DNA of 62,614 nucleotides, taken from positions 1-62,614 of the forward strand of contig JAOZUR010000009.1 of NCBI GenBank assembly GCA_029938555.1, in the 5' to 3' direction. Made by a program: the position numbers and the translations under genes. Shown piece by piece: positions 55,727 to 62,614 of this stretch. Positions within the stretch are counted from its first letter, which is position 1. Each line of letters opens with the position of its first letter. The DNA comes from Candidatus Sabulitectum sp. Lineage in GTDB: Bacteria > Fermentibacterota > Fermentibacteria > Fermentibacterales > JCC-6. The notes under the pieces were generated by a model that saw only the letters and a list, made by a program, of their open reading frames with translations, was not told the origin of the DNA and did not search any database.

Positions 55727-56591
55727 TTGTGCCTCCTGTGTTAATAAAACGGCTAAAAACACCACCACCCATGGGAATTGCTGTGGCTCTTGATACCACA
55801 GGACATTTCACAACAAATGAATGAAAAATCCTTGTATCATCCAATCCCCATAATCCTTCAAAATTTCCCTGGCCTTTAGCTAAAATTACATCAGCAGATT
55901 CAAATACTTCCTTTGCTTTACCATATAACATATCTGGAATAACTGCAGGAATATCAATGCCAGAGGAAATTAACTCGGCTACCTTATTTAATCCCGCCAT
56001 TTCGGCATCTTCAATCAGAGCATCATTCATTACAGGTAAATCTCTTGTCATGTAGTATTTTTTTCCTTGAAAGGATGTTAAATCAAGAAACAGTCTGTCC
56101 ATTACAGTTTCTCCTGCATTATCTCCAATTACAAGAAGGGTGTTTGCTTTTTTTAGAGAATTCAGAAAAATTATTCGTTCATCCAGAGCAAGAGGAGCTG
56201 AAAGAGTTTTTAGTAATTCGTCAGCTTGGGGCAGGGGATTGCCCTGTCCCACATCAATAAGATTACACCATGTGGCTGCGGTTAGAGCAGGTAATTCAGG
56301 GGAGTCAGTAGCTAAAAAAAGGTTTCTAAGTACCAAGTAGTGGTTTAGCATCTGTTTAGTAAAATAAATTTTTTCATTTAAAAAAATATCATTACCATTA
56401 AGTGATATTTTCCGGAGTAATTTCCAAGATTCTGAACCTGCCAGTGGAGGGGTACATCCCAATTTAAGGTATTTTTCCACCAAAGATATGAAGGTGTTAA
56501 ACTCGTTATCTGATAGTCCTGCTTTTTTAACAAAATCTTTAAAGCCTCGCCTGAAACAGCTGAAGCACTCAATGTCGGGGCTAAGAGCCAA
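55713..56591 (-). CDS. DUF89 (ARMT1-like damage-control phosphatase) family protein
   Basis: Family motifs IGDNAGETVMD and AKGQGNFEG. It overlaps pdxT by 11 nt and the zinc-ribbon gene by 14 nt. Confidence 0.7.
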   Translation of the reverse strand: MALSPDIECFSCFRRGFKDFVKKAGLSDNEFNTFISLVEKYLKLGCTPPLAGSESWKLLRKISLNGNDIFLNEKIYFTKQMLNHYLVLRNLFLATDSPELPALTAATWCNLIDVGQGNPLPQADELLKTLSAPLALDERIIFLNSLKKANTLLVIGDNAGETVMDRLFLDLTSFQGKKYYMTRDLPVMNDALIEDAEMAGLNKVAELISSGIDIPAVIPDMLYGKAKEVFESADVILAKGQGNFEGLWGLDDTRIFHSFVVKCPVVSRATAIPMGGGVFSRFINTGGTNANL

Positions 56592-57171
56592 GAATTGCTT
56601 TTTCTATAAACATTTTGTGAATTCTTGTATCATCAGTTAGTTCTGGATGAAAACTACTTAACCAGATGTTTCCACATCGTAAGAAAACAACACCTTCCTG
56701 GACAGAACACAATATTTCAGTGGATTCTGAAAGTGGGTGCAGTAGTGGGGCTCGAATAAAAATACCAGGAAATGGTTCTTTTAAACCTTTGATAATTAGA
56801 TCTTCTTGAAAACTTGCTAGTTGCCTGCCAAAACTATTTCTTTCAGCTCTTACAGGAGCTAGATCAAGACTGGGCTGATTAACAATATGTTCTTTTTCAG
56901 AGATTTCATGTGATAAAAGAATTGAACCGGCACAGGTTCCCCATATAGGAAGACCTGTGCCGGAAAGATTTTGAATTGGAGTAACTAGATCCCATCTTAT
57001 CAATAGTTTAATTAATGCTGTTGATTCTCCGCCGGGGATAACAAGGGCATTGATATCATTAAGATGCTCCGGTCGGCGTACTTCTACTGTTTTGCAATCA
57101 ATAGAATTAAGCATGTTTATATGCTCAGAGACGCCTCCTTGAAGAGCAAGTACTCCAACATAAGGTTTCAA
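56581..57171 (-). CDS. pdxT: Pyridoxal 5'-phosphate synthase glutaminase subunit PdxT
   Basis: VGVLALQGGVSEH and PGGESTA, with the catalytic Cys in WGTCAGSILL and SFHPELT. TTG start 3 nt after the pdxS stop. Confidence 0.9.
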   Translation of the reverse strand: MKPYVGVLALQGGVSEHINMLNSIDCKTVEVRRPEHLNDINALVIPGGESTALIKLLIRWDLVTPIQNLSGTGLPIWGTCAGSILLSHEISEKEHIVNQPSLDLAPVRAERNSFGRQLASFQEDLIIKGLKEPFPGIFIRAPLLHPLSESTEILCSVQEGVVFLRCGNIWLSSFHPELTDDTRIHKMFIEKAILGS

Positions 57172-57174
57172 TTT

Positions 57175-58068
57175 TTACCAGCCTCTGTTTGCCATTTTTT
57201 CATTTAGTGGAATGTCAGAGATGTTTATGCCAACCATTGCTTCACCTAATCCCGCACTAACTCTGGCAATAACTTCAGCTTTGTCAAATTGACTGACTGC
57301 TTCCACAATTGCTTTTGCTCTTATTGCTGGATTACCGCTTTTGAAAATGCCACTACCAACAAAAACACCATCAAGACCAAGTTGCATCATAAGAGCAGCA
57401 TCGGCAGGTGTGGCGATTCCGCCAGCTGCAAAGTTAACCACAGGAAGTTTGCCATTTTCATGTACATATTTTACAAGTTCGTATGGCGCACCCATTACTT
57501 TAGAAATAGACATGAGTTCCTCAAAAGGTGTTGCTTGAAGTCTTCTAATTTCACCAAGAACAGATCGAGCATGGCGAACCGCCTCAACAACATTTCCTGT
57601 GCCTGCTTCGCCTTTTGTACGAATCATTGCAGCGCCTTCTGCTATTCTTCTTAAAGCTTCCTCTAGCACAGTAGCACCACAAACAAATGGTACTTTGTAG
57701 TTCCACTTATTCACATGATTTGCTTCATCAGCAGGAGTCAGAACCTCTGATTCATCAATGAAGTCAACTTCCAGTGCTTGAAGCACCTGAGCTTCTACAA
57801 AATGACCAATACGGCATTTAGCCATTACTGGAATAGTAACTGCTGCTTGAATACCCTTGATCATGTCAGGGTCAGACATTCTTGCAACGCCACCTTGTGC
57901 TCTGATATCTGCTGGAACTCTTTCCAGCGCCATGACTGCAACTGCTCCTGCTTCTTCAGCAATTATTGCCTGTTCAGCATTAACAACATCCATAATCACG
58001 CCACCCTTAAGCATTTGAGCGTGACCTGTTTTTACATTCCAAGTGCCATCATCGCGAATAAAACTCAT
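57175..58068 (-). CDS. pdxS: Pyridoxal 5'-phosphate synthase lyase subunit PdxS
   Basis: [38 protein letters not shown] and FVCGA. I prefer ATG 58068 with a GAGGT RBS over the ORF-track start at 58131. Confidence 0.95.
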   Translation of the reverse strand: MSFIRDDGTWNVKTGHAQMLKGGVIMDVVNAEQAIIAEEAGAVAVMALERVPADIRAQGGVARMSDPDMIKGIQAAVTIPVMAKCRIGHFVEAQVLQALEVDFIDESEVLTPADEANHVNKWNYKVPFVCGATVLEEALRRIAEGAAMIRTKGEAGTGNVVEAVRHARSVLGEIRRLQATPFEELMSISKVMGAPYELVKYVHENGKLPVVNFAAGGIATPADAALMMQLGLDGVFVGSGIFKSGNPAIRAKAIVEAVSQFDKAEVIARVSAGLGEAMVGINISDIPLNEKMANRGW

Positions 58069-58072
58069 AAGA

Positions 58073-58489
58073 TTACCTCGTGGATTGAACGGACTCAAGA
58101 AATTCTTCGCCACATGTTTCCCATCTGGCAAAAGTAGTTAATAGATTATTCTCGGAACTGGAAAAACTTGACGAACCAATAGCCATTTGAAAGATGATAA
58201 TACAATCAGCAGAAGACTTTAAATAGTTGGACCAGCACGAGTCTACCTGCGCAGGAAGAGTCTCAACATTGCACAGTTTTGCATTTTGAAATGCTTTTTC
58301 TGCCCGTAGAACAGCAGTTCCAGCAGTAAATAGACCTGTGGCGTCGGTTCTTTGGCCTTCTGAGATGTTTACCCATGCATCCATCAACCCAGCTATTTCT
58401 CGGTCAAGCGTACTGAAATCTTCAGTGCTCAGTCGTTGTGAAAAAGCAAGGGAAAGACAGATAAAAATCACTAGTATTAAATTTTTCAT
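58073..58489 (-). CDS. Hypothetical secreted protein
   Basis: Signal peptide [17 protein letters not shown]. It ends 4 nt before the pdxS start. I recognise no family motif. Confidence 0.45.
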   Translation of the reverse strand: MKNLILVIFICLSLAFSQRLSTEDFSTLDREIAGLMDAWVNISEGQRTDATGLFTAGTAVLRAEKAFQNAKLCNVETLPAQVDSCWSNYLKSSADCIIIFQMAIGSSSFSSSENNLLTTFARWETCGEEFLESVQSTR

Positions 58490-58509
58490 ACAGATAATAT
58501 ACTATAGAA

Positions 58510-58968
58510 TTGCCAGCACAGGAAGGCGTTTACACTAAGTCTTTTGTGTGGTATTATGTGGGGTATCAAAAAATACTTTTTCATGATGGAGGATTCTTGA
58601 AGTCTACTTTTCTTCTTTTATTTGTTGTCAATCTAGTGGCAACAGGCACTGTTGTAGATGATTGTTTAAGTAGAGGGTTACCAGTCAATTCAGCCATACT
58701 ATCGGAAGATTTGTTTACTGTGGAAATGAATGGAAGCCTTGCTGAAGGTGATTCTTTACTGAAACACTATGGCGGTGTATTTTTCTTATTAGCAGACAGC
58801 ATATCCACTGGATGGTCCGTTGTAGGGCTTCAGGTTAACATTTCTGATGCTTCTTTAATTCTTTTTAAAGAGGATGTTTTCAATGCTGTTGAACGAATGC
58901 AACAGGGTCTTTCCGATGAAGTTCTTGCAGGGTGGATTCTTGAGCATACTTGGGTTACAAGCGATTAA
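58510..58968 (+). CDS. Hypothetical protein (start uncertain)
   Basis: This open frame has an internal hydrophobic segment STFLLLFVVNLVATG. Its stop lies inside the first copy of the 167-bp repeat. No family motif. Confidence 0.3.
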   Translation: MPAQEGVYTKSFVWYYVGYQKILFHDGGFLKSTFLLLFVVNLVATGTVVDDCLSRGLPVNSAILSEDLFTVEMNGSLAEGDSLLKHYGGVFFLLADSISTGWSVVGLQVNISDASLILFKEDVFNAVERMQQGLSDEVLAGWILEHTWVTSD

Positions 58969-59128
58969 TTTTATAATCCACCTTTTCCAAAGAGCACAAC
59001 TGGGATTGTTTTCATAAGTAGACGAAAGTCCAGCGAGTGCGAAGAATCGATTGTGTAAAGAAAATCAAGGAATTGAGACGCATCAAAAGGAAGTCTGCTT
59101 CTACCAAAAACCTGCCAGATTCCTGTTA
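58962..59128. repeat. Direct repeat copy A (167 bp, identical to 59264-59430)
   Basis: I compared the two copies base by base. They are identical from gattaattttataatcc... to ...cagattcctgtta, at an offset of 302 bp. Confidence 0.95.
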
Positions 59129-59263
59129 TACCCAGTTTAGCAACAAATCTTCTTCTTTGTAAACTGTTGCCATATCACACTTTAAAACATTAATTAGCTG
59201 TAGGGTTTTGCAATGTAAGTTTTTCGTATTATTTTTTCTAATGAGAATCATACTTGAGACGAG
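58962..59263 (-). pseudogene. Remnant of the 3' end of a polyprenyl glycosylphosphotransferase (sugar transferase) gene
   Basis: The first 167 bp are identical to the 3' end of the intact gene at 59273-60712. The next ~135 bp are still alignable but diverged (e.g. LQRRRFVAKLGIT versus WQRRRFLVKPGLT). An internal deletion breaks the frame, giving an in-frame TGA. Confidence 0.8.
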
Positions 59264-59430
59264 GGATTAATTTTATAATCCACCTTTTCCAAAGAGCACA
59301 ACTGGGATTGTTTTCATAAGTAGACGAAAGTCCAGCGAGTGCGAAGAATCGATTGTGTAAAGAAAATCAAGGAATTGAGACGCATCAAAAGGAAGTCTGC
59401 TTCTACCAAAAACCTGCCAGATTCCTGTTA
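59264..59430. repeat. Direct repeat copy B (inside the 3' end of the intact sugar transferase gene)
   Basis: Identical to 58962-59128. Confidence 0.95.
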
Positions 59431-60712
59431 GACCTGGTTTAACAAGAAATCTTCTTCTTTGCCAACCGCTGTAGTGCTCAAGCTCGTATACAATACATGG
59501 TCTCGGGCCAACTATTGCCATGTCTCCTTTTAAAACATTAACTAACTGTGGCAGTTCGTCAATAGAAGTCTTTCTAATAATTCTTCCAATGTTAGTTACT
59601 CTTGATGTTTGATCTAGTTTGAAAGTTTTAGTGTCTCCATTTGCTGTTTTACCGTTGGCGTAGTCTTTGAAGTATTTTTTGTGATCTTCTTTGTTTGTTG
59701 TACCTTCTTTCATTGATCTAAATTTTAGAAAGCCAAAAGATTTTTGATTTAATCCTACCCGTTGTTGCCGAAACAGAATGCTACCTTTACTTGAAAGGCT
59801 TACAGCGATTGCTGTGGCCAGAAAAATAGGAGAAAGCAGAATTATGCAAAAGAGAGCGAAACAAAAATCTGTAATTTTTCTTAACGAAATCTCTATTGGT
59901 CTTTTTCCTTTTTTTAAGAAAGTAAGGGCACCATAATCACTTAAGCTGAACCACGGGTCAAAATACCCAAGATCAAGAATACCTGGAGCGTAAATAACAA
60001 AAGGAATGCCTGCATCATTTAGTTTTATGCAACATTCAGCTATACAGTTATAATCATGCCTCTGATCGAAAAGGATAACCGTTCCACTACAGCTTTTGAT
60101 TTTCATTTCATTAATCACTGAAACTACAATTTCTTCCGGGTCGGTAGAAAGAGTAACTGGCCACTGAATAACTCTTTGGCCTGCAGAATAGATCACAGAG
60201 CTATGAAATAATGAAGTTATGTTTCTACTTCTGGCTGGGTTTCCAGCAATAAGAAGATTAGATCTTGAACTTCGTTTTCCGCTATACAGAGACTTGAAGA
60301 AGTTTGGAAGATAGATAAGTTTTATCAGTGAAGTCAGCAGGAGCCAAATGAACATATTAAATACTATCACAAAGCGACTATCAATGAAAAGAAGTCTTGT
60401 TTCTTTAAATAAGAAAACCATAAGCATGAAAGAACCAGTGACAATAAAGGTCATTCTGACAATTCTATAAAGCAACATGGATCTGTTCAATGTAGTTCTA
60501 ACTGAGTAAAGGTTTTCCATAACAGAAATCACATAATAACCCAACATAAAAAACAATGCTGTGCCTAGAAATTCAGTTGTGTGAACTCCGGAAAAATCAC
60601 GGAATCTAATTAGAATTGCCAAAGCAAGAGAGCAGACAACGGTGAAAGCATCTGCTATCACCGCTGCCATATAATATCTTGAGTTCAGAGAAAGCGTTCT
60701 AGATGTGGGCAC
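59273..60712 (-). CDS. Polyprenyl (undecaprenyl)-phosphate glycosylphosphotransferase, WbaP/WcaJ-like initiating sugar transferase
   Basis: The N-terminal half is polytopic. The C-terminal bacterial sugar transferase domain reads FRQQRVGLNQKSFGFLKFRSM...DELPQLVNVLKGDMAIVGPRP. Confidence 0.85.
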   Translation of the reverse strand: MPTSRTLSLNSRYYMAAVIADAFTVVCSLALAILIRFRDFSGVHTTEFLGTALFFMLGYYVISVMENLYSVRTTLNRSMLLYRIVRMTFIVTGSFMLMVFLFKETRLLFIDSRFVIVFNMFIWLLLTSLIKLIYLPNFFKSLYSGKRSSRSNLLIAGNPARSRNITSLFHSSVIYSAGQRVIQWPVTLSTDPEEIVVSVINEMKIKSCSGTVILFDQRHDYNCIAECCIKLNDAGIPFVIYAPGILDLGYFDPWFSLSDYGALTFLKKGKRPIEISLRKITDFCFALFCIILLSPIFLATAIAVSLSSKGSILFRQQRVGLNQKSFGFLKFRSMKEGTTNKEDHKKYFKDYANGKTANGDTKTFKLDQTSRVTNIGRIIRKTSIDELPQLVNVLKGDMAIVGPRPCIVYELEHYSGWQRRRFLVKPGLTGIWQVFGRSRLPFDASQFLDFLYTIDSSHSLDFRLLMKTIPVVLFGKGGL

Positions 60713-60714
60713 TT

Positions 60715-61863
60715 CTAGCCTTTCTGGTAAAATTCTTTTATGCCATCTGCAACTTCTATCTGCTGTGCTTCTGTAAGCTCAGGGAACATTGGTAAAGTCA
60801 TGTTTTCATAAGCATTTTTTTCGCAGACAGGGAAGTCGCCTTTGGAGTATCCAAGGTAACTATAAGCCTTTTGGGTATGGAGTGGTTCTGGGTAGTGAAG
60901 CCCAGCGCCGATCTGTTTTTCTGCCAGGAAATCTCTTAGCTTATCTCTTACTGGGGTATGTAGAGCATAAAGGTGGAATACATGTCTTGTATCTTCGGCA
61001 ACCACTGGAAGATCTACAGGAAGACCAGCCAGCAGGGAGTTGTATCTTGAAGCGGCAGCTATTCTGTTGTTGTTCCATTCGTGGATGTATTTTGTTTTAA
61101 TTCCAAGAACGGCACCCTGAAAAGCACTCATTCTATAGTTATGACCTATGAAGTTGTAGTAGTATTTTTCTTGTGAACCATGATCGCGCAAGGTTCTCAT
61201 TCTGGCTGCTATCTCATCATTGTCTGTGGTTATAGCACCACCTTCGCCGTATGCTCCCATGTTTTTTCCAGGGTAGAAGCTGAAACTGGCAACATCTCCG
61301 AAACTACCAGTTTTCTGTCCGAATCTAGAGCCGTCGTGTGACTGTGCAGCATCTTCATAAAGAAACAGCCCGTACTTGTCGGCCACTTCCTGAAGAGCTT
61401 TGTAATCTGCTGGTTGCCCATAAAGATCTACTCCGACTATGCCTTTTATAACAGCGCCTGTTTTGGGATCCACAGGTTTGCCTGTTGAAGAACAGCTAGC
61501 AAGAAATTCTTCTGTTTTTTCTGGGCAAAGGTTCCATGTGATTGGATCAGCGTCTACAAATACAGGTACATGCCCAGCGAGAACTATTCCTTCTGCTGTT
61601 GCTGTGAATGTATTAGGAGGTGTAATTAGACCGCTTCCAGCTGGAAGGTCTGTGGCCCAGATCATTCCGTGAACAGCAGCAGTTCCACTGGACAGTGCAA
61701 CACAATGTTTTACACCACAGAGACTGGCAAATTTTTCTTCGAAGTTTTTTACTTTTGGTCCAAGGACATAATAACAGGTTTCTAGTACATCGTCTATTTC
61801 TGGTTTAACTTCGTCTTTGATTTGAAGGTACTGAGCCTTCAGGTCAAGAAATGGTACTGCCAT
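60715..61863 (-). CDS. DegT/DnrJ/EryC1/StrS-family PLP-dependent sugar aminotransferase
   Basis: The start is typical (VPFLDLKAQY). The PLP-lysine context is SFSFYPGKNMGAYGEGGAI. Confidence 0.9.
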   Translation of the reverse strand: MAVPFLDLKAQYLQIKDEVKPEIDDVLETCYYVLGPKVKNFEEKFASLCGVKHCVALSSGTAAVHGMIWATDLPAGSGLITPPNTFTATAEGIVLAGHVPVFVDADPITWNLCPEKTEEFLASCSSTGKPVDPKTGAVIKGIVGVDLYGQPADYKALQEVADKYGLFLYEDAAQSHDGSRFGQKTGSFGDVASFSFYPGKNMGAYGEGGAITTDNDEIAARMRTLRDHGSQEKYYYNFIGHNYRMSAFQGAVLGIKTKYIHEWNNNRIAAASRYNSLLAGLPVDLPVVAEDTRHVFHLYALHTPVRDKLRDFLAEKQIGAGLHYPEPLHTQKAYSYLGYSKGDFPVCEKNAYENMTLPMFPELTEAQQIEVADGIKEFYQKG

Positions 61864-61945
61864 TGTTGTATACCTTTCATTAATTGGTAGTCATTAAATT
61901 CTGCATAAAATAGTTCCACCGATAATATAGTATTTATTGCACTTA

Positions 61946-62359
61946 TCAAACAGAGATTAAAACACCAGCTACAATGGCCATGAATACCCCAATGATGTTT
62001 AAGGTTGAAAGATTTTCCTTTAAAAAGAAAACACCAAAAACAACTGCGAATACAGGATAAAGAGCGGTAAGAGCCGTTGATGTGCTTATGGGTCCACATG
62101 ATACAGCTTTCTGGAATAAAATAAGAGCTAGGCCACCTAGTACGCCTGCCATACCAGCAACCAAGAATCCTGAAAGGCTAACTGTTTTTAGATTTTCACC
62201 AAGAGCAAAAAACAGAACTGTCACAGTTATAACTGAAAAAAGGGTATAAATAAAGATAGAAGGCCAGTGCCCCATTTTAGTTGATGCTATTTTTACCAGT
62301 ACCGCCCATACACCCCATAGAACAGTTGCTCCAAGGCTATACATTATGTGTTTTTGCAT
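61946..62359 (-). CDS. Small EamA/DMT-family membrane protein (single EamA domain, 4-5 TM)
   Basis: The 137-aa protein is hydrophobic throughout, with an EamA-like layout. It sits next to a sugar aminotransferase, like the ArnE/ArnF-type flippase subunits; that comparison is inference. Confidence 0.6.
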   Translation of the reverse strand: MQKHIMYSLGATVLWGVWAVLVKIASTKMGHWPSIFIYTLFSVITVTVLFFALGENLKTVSLSGFLVAGMAGVLGGLALILFQKAVSCGPISTSTALTALYPVFAVVFGVFFLKENLSTLNIIGVFMAIVAGVLISV

Positions 62360-62614
62360 ACTTCTCCTATTTGAAATTTAAAGGAAAATATAATACCTTC
62401 CTGCAAACAGTTATTACTTCATCTGCATCTGTAGCAAAAAATCAAAACTGAGTGGTTTAGATTACTTTTTGAGTGAGATGATTTAGTAATCCACGGTCTT
62501 CTAAGGTGTTGATTTTTACCTGTATAAGTGGTATTATTAAAAGCTCTAAATTAGGTTAATAATTTAGAATAATATGCTATTGGGGGACAATGCAAATACT
62601 GGATAATATCAATT

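Noticed and set aside
62590-62614. Possible gene start (GGGGGA RBS, ATG at 62590, MQILDNIN...) at the right edge of the window.
   Set aside because: Only 8 codons are visible, so neither coding potential nor function can be supported.
1-62614. Scan for CRISPR arrays, rRNA, tRNA, integrase/att sites, and toxin-antitoxin or restriction/defence gene signatures.
   Set aside because: Apart from the 39-bp coding repeat and the 167-bp direct repeat, I saw no regularly spaced direct repeats. I also saw no tRNA-like T-loop/acceptor structures in intergenic gaps, and no nuclease/helicase/methylase-type motifs. This was done by eye only and should be confirmed with tRNAscan-SE, Infernal, CRISPR-finder and defence-system HMMs.

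Overview
This 62.6-kb chromosomal segment comes from a moderately AT-rich diderm bacterium and is almost fully coding (about 55 genes). I saw no rRNA, tRNA or CRISPR array by eye. Four predicted secreted proteins end in a type IX secretion (Por) C-terminal sorting domain. That points to the Fibrobacteres-Chlorobi-Bacteroidetes superphylum, probably an uncultured lineage; the lineage call is inference. Recognisable content:
- Housekeeping genes: groES-groEL, htpG, tkt, pdxS-pdxT, a long thyX-like gene, hutH, and a fused formimidoyltransferase-cyclodeaminase.
- Three ABC systems: an ABC-2 exporter, a NitT/TauT-type importer, and an Mla/MCE lipid transporter with a STAS-MlaE fusion.
- A PtsN-like EIIA fusion protein upstream of two tandem cation:proton antiporter paralogs.
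- An ECF sigma factor with a large C-terminal extension.
- A divergent MIO ammonia-lyase paralog followed 2 nt later by a C25 (gingipain-like) T9SS protein.
- A T9SS cargo operon: a CotH-LTD protein plus two Pmp-like beta-helix paralogs.
- A signal-peptide-less GH84 enzyme.
- The edge of a polysaccharide locus carrying a 167-bp perfect direct repeat and a gene remnant.

The most interesting locus is a 7-gene operon at 41.7-51.5 kb, tightly packed with four start/stop overlaps. It encodes:
- a beta-rich coiled-coil protein;
- a 1512-aa TPR protein;
- a small secreted protein;
- a MotA/TolQ/ExbB channel;
- two ExbD/TolR paralogs, one with the transmembrane Asp replaced by Asn;
- a 617-aa protein with duplicated FHA-like modules and a TonB-C/AgmX-PglI-like C-terminus.

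The parts list resembles the Agl-Glt/Nfs core rather than Tol-Pal or a plain Ton system. All family assignments come from motif reading without database searches.
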